DNA of 37,195 nt from assembly GCA_045602485.1 (NCBI GenBank), contig JAZSBQ010000033.1, forward strand, positions 1 through 37,195, in the 5' to 3' direction. Each line of letters opens with the position of its first letter. The first letter of the stretch is position 1. The stretch is from Clostridia bacterium (GTDB taxonomy: Bacteria > Bacillota > Clostridia > Monoglobales > Monoglobaceae). The position numbers and the translations under genes are program-made. Below the pieces are notes generated by a model that was not told where the DNA came from, did no database searches, and saw nothing but the letters and a program-made list of their open reading frames with translations. Shown here piece by piece: positions 35,166 to 37,195 of the stretch.

Positions 35166-36398
35166 ATGAGTAAAGTTGTATTTAAATCGCCATATGCTCC
35201 GAGTGGCAAAGCTGTCGGGGGAGGTTATATAAACTATATGGCAAAGCGAGATAAAGTTGACAAGAGTATCAACACGAAAAGGGTTGAAATTAATCTGAAT
35301 TATATTGCAACCAGACCTCGTGTTGAAAAGATTGGTGAGCATGGTCTCTTCGGAAGTGAGGACGATGTTAATCTGAACAGAGCAAGGAATGATATCGTAA
35401 ATCATAACGGAATTGTATGGATGCCTATCGTATCTTTGAGACGAGAAGATTCAGACAGACTTGGATATAACAATGCGGATGCATGGAGAAATTTGATTCG
35501 CTCAAAGCAGTTTGAAATTGCAGAAGCGTATAATATTCCGGCAAAGGATTTGGTTTGGTATGGAGCATTTCACGATGAAGGTCACCACCCTCATATACAT
35601 ATGATTGTGTATAACAAGAACCCAGGCAGCGAATATCTCTCACGAAAAAGTTGTAACGACCTGCGTGTAATGTTTACAAAAACTATTTTTAAAGATGAAC
35701 TCAAACAAATCTACGATGAAAAACAAACGCTCCGTGATAAAATTATTGACGAAGTCAAAGAGAAAGTTAATGAGTTTAAAGCTGACATTGGCGGAGCAAA
35801 TGATGAATTTGCCCACGCCTTCAATGAGTTAAAATTCTCTCTCGATGGGTACTCCGGCAAGAGAAATTATAAATTCATTTCTCATGAGCAAAAGGAAAAG
35901 GTCAATGCAGTTGTAAAAGTTGTGTGCAAGGATGATAACCTGCAAGAGTTATATCGCGGGTGGTGTCAGCTGCAGCTTGCGAATCAAAGATACTATCGTA
36001 AGCATCCTGAAAAAAGTTTTGATGCACTTGAGAAGAACAAAAACTTCGAAAAGCGTCTGCAAAATGCAGTGCTGAAATCTGCATTAAAAGATAACAGACA
36101 AGGAAATATTTATACAAATAAAATCGACGCTTCTCCTGTCTTTGGTGACATCATATTCAGTCTCTGTAAAATGTTTGAGCAATCAATTCAGAAAGACTTT
36201 GAGGAAGGCTTCACAAAAACAATTGTCGACTCCAAGGAAAGAGCAAAAGAATACAGACGCGATCATGGTATGGGAATGCATATGTACGATGAAGTGATAC
36301 AAATAACGGAATGTCAAACCTTTATCAAAGGATTCAAATTAGGGGCAAGATTTACTATGTCTTGCTTTGAAAACGAAGACGATATATTCGATGAATAA
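35166..36398 (+). CDS. MobL-type relaxase / mobilization nuclease
   Basis: The N-terminus YINYMAKRDKV...YIATRPRVEK..EHGLF and the metal-binding histidine cluster AFHDEGHHPHIHMIVYN are typical of Firmicute MobL relaxases. The start is placed at MSKVVF (35166); the track's TTG at 35100 is unlikely. Confidence 0.75.
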   Translation: MSKVVFKSPYAPSGKAVGGGYINYMAKRDKVDKSINTKRVEINLNYIATRPRVEKIGEHGLFGSEDDVNLNRARNDIVNHNGIVWMPIVSLRREDSDRLGYNNADAWRNLIRSKQFEIAEAYNIPAKDLVWYGAFHDEGHHPHIHMIVYNKNPGSEYLSRKSCNDLRVMFTKTIFKDELKQIYDEKQTLRDKIIDEVKEKVNEFKADIGGANDEFAHAFNELKFSLDGYSGKRNYKFISHEQKEKVNAVVKVVCKDDNLQELYRGWCQLQLANQRYYRKHPEKSFDALEKNKNFEKRLQNAVLKSALKDNRQGNIYTNKIDASPVFGDIIFSLCKMFEQSIQKDFEEGFTKTIVDSKERAKEYRRDHGMGMHMYDEVIQITECQTFIKGFKLGARFTMSCFENEDDIFDE

Positions 36399-36416
36399 TA
36401 CTTCGAATATATCGTC
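36378..36416 (+). terminator. Perfect 14-bp inverted repeat spanning the relaxase stop codon
   Basis: GACGATATATTCGA-11 nt-TCGAATATATCGTC, followed by aatttatttc. Confidence 0.45.
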
Positions 36417-36629
36417 AATTTATTTCTGCTAATACCCCTACCTCTAAAATCGATTTTAAGCACCGGTTGCAACGGTTGAGACAGGGGTTTGAGCAACAAA
36501 CTATGCAGGATAAGGTAGTTACACAACCCCAATAGTTTAATCGCAAAACAGACGGCTGTTAAAGGGGTATTTAGAAAAAATATTATATATAAAAGAATTG
36601 TACAAAACAGAGAAAAATCCAAAATGGCA

Positions 36630-36658
36630 TTGCTTTTGTTCGAGTTTTGGAATATAAT
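36630..36658 (+). promoter_or_regulatory. Sigma-A promoter for the methyltransferase gene
   Basis: TTGCTT (36630-36635), a 17-nt spacer, then TATAAT (36653-36658). AAGGAG lies 9 nt before ATG 36690. Confidence 0.5.
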
Positions 36659-36689
36659 ATTATTTATAAAACACAAGGAGTGTATGATT

Positions 36690-37195
36690 ATGGGATTTAT
36701 GTGTGCAAGACAGGCAGCTGACAAATGGGGCATCTCACAAAGACGAGTTGCCGTCCTCTGCTCTGAAAATAGAATTGCCAATGCAACAATGGTAGGCAAC
36801 ATGTGGATTATTCCTGATGATGCAGAGAAACCTATTGATGCGAGAAGCACACGATATAACGAATCTGACGAAAAAGGTGTTAAGCCATTCTTGAAATGGG
36901 CAGGCGGAAAAGGTCAGCTTCTAAAAGAAATTGAGCACTACTACCCATTCGATAGCACAATAACCAAGTATGCAGAACCTTTCGTAGGTGGCGGTGCAGT
37001 TCTATTTGATGTGCTCAGTAAGTATAACATCAAAGAAATTTATATAAGTGATATAAACGCAGAATTGATTAACACATATCATATCATCAAGCATAGAATA
37101 GATGATTTAATCATCCTGCTAGAGAGTTATCAGGAAGAATATATAAGCCTTGATACCGAAGACAGAAAAACATATTATATGCGTATGCGAGATAA
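36690..37195 (+). CDS. Dam-class (D12) N6-adenine DNA methyltransferase with an N-terminal HTH domain; 3'-truncated by the window end
   Basis: This ORF is not in the supplied track because it has no stop. My own translation is MGFMCARQAADKWGISQRRVAVLCSENRI...PDDAEKP (HTH), then KPFLKWAGGKGQLLKEIEHYYP...YAEPFVGGGAVLFDV (Dam motifs X and I). Confidence 0.8.
   Translation, partial: MGFMCARQAADKWGISQRRVAVLCSENRIANATMVGNMWIIPDDAEKPIDARSTRYNESDEKGVKPFLKWAGGKGQLLKEIEHYYPFDSTITKYAEPFVGGGAVLFDVLSKYNIKEIYISDINAELINTYHIIKHRIDDLIILLESYQEEYISLDTEDRKTYYMRMRD

Larger units (their letters stand above)
33886..37195 (+). mobile_element. Left portion of an integrated mobilizable/conjugative-type element (Rep-like wHTH, MobL relaxase, HTH-Dam methylase); right end beyond the window
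   Basis: The gene content switches abruptly from core to plasmid/ICE-type functions right after the hpf terminator. No recombinase is seen inside the window. Confidence 0.55.

Noticed and set aside
36546-36563. AAAACAG|ACGGCTGTT resembles the tRNA-terminator/IR hairpin (25598-25627) with its centre deleted, which could link the 25.5-kb element to the mobile element.
   Set aside because: It is only a split 7+9-nt match with no flanking similarity, about 11 kb from the other copy and not at an element boundary. Most likely coincidence.

Overview
The window looks like a chromosomal segment from a low-GC Firmicute, probably a Clostridia-type spore former. This is inferred from a pro-sigma-K gene, remA/yicC/gmk/rpoZ/priA/def synteny and an SLH-anchored surface protein. 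Most of it is housekeeping. It holds a CPA2 cation/proton antiporter and a purine-salvage block (xpt plus a BMP-family nucleoside ABC transporter: lipoprotein, tandem ATPase, two permeases). On the minus strand are comEC(short)-def-priA-rpoZ-gmk-remA-yicC-sigK. Then come a 909-aa SLH surface protein, uvrA-uvrB, a tRNA-Leu(TAA)/initiator tRNA-Met pair, a class A PBP, a ParE/ParC-type topoisomerase pair and hpf. Two accessory patches stand out. (1) A roughly 2.5-kb islet between uvrB and the tRNAs (23.1-25.6 kb) carries a barnase-type RNase toxin that keeps only the last ~45 residues of a phage MuF/SPP1-gp7 head-protein domain, and this coding region is interrupted by an in-frame TGA six codons after a strong RBS/ATG. 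The islet also has a barstar-like immunity gene, an XRE repressor with a perfect palindromic operator, a divergent SLOG/DUF1273 gene whose best RBS/ATG is out of frame by one base, and a GC-rich structured element with about 208 bp between inverted copies of the tRNA terminator hairpin. (2) From about 33.9 kb to the window edge lies the left part of a mobilizable element: a winged-helix Rep-like protein, an ORF-free structured candidate oriT region, a MobL-type relaxase and an HTH-fused Dam-class methyltransferase truncated by the window end. No CRISPR array, rRNA or complete IS was seen. All assignments rest on reading motifs by eye; no database search was run.
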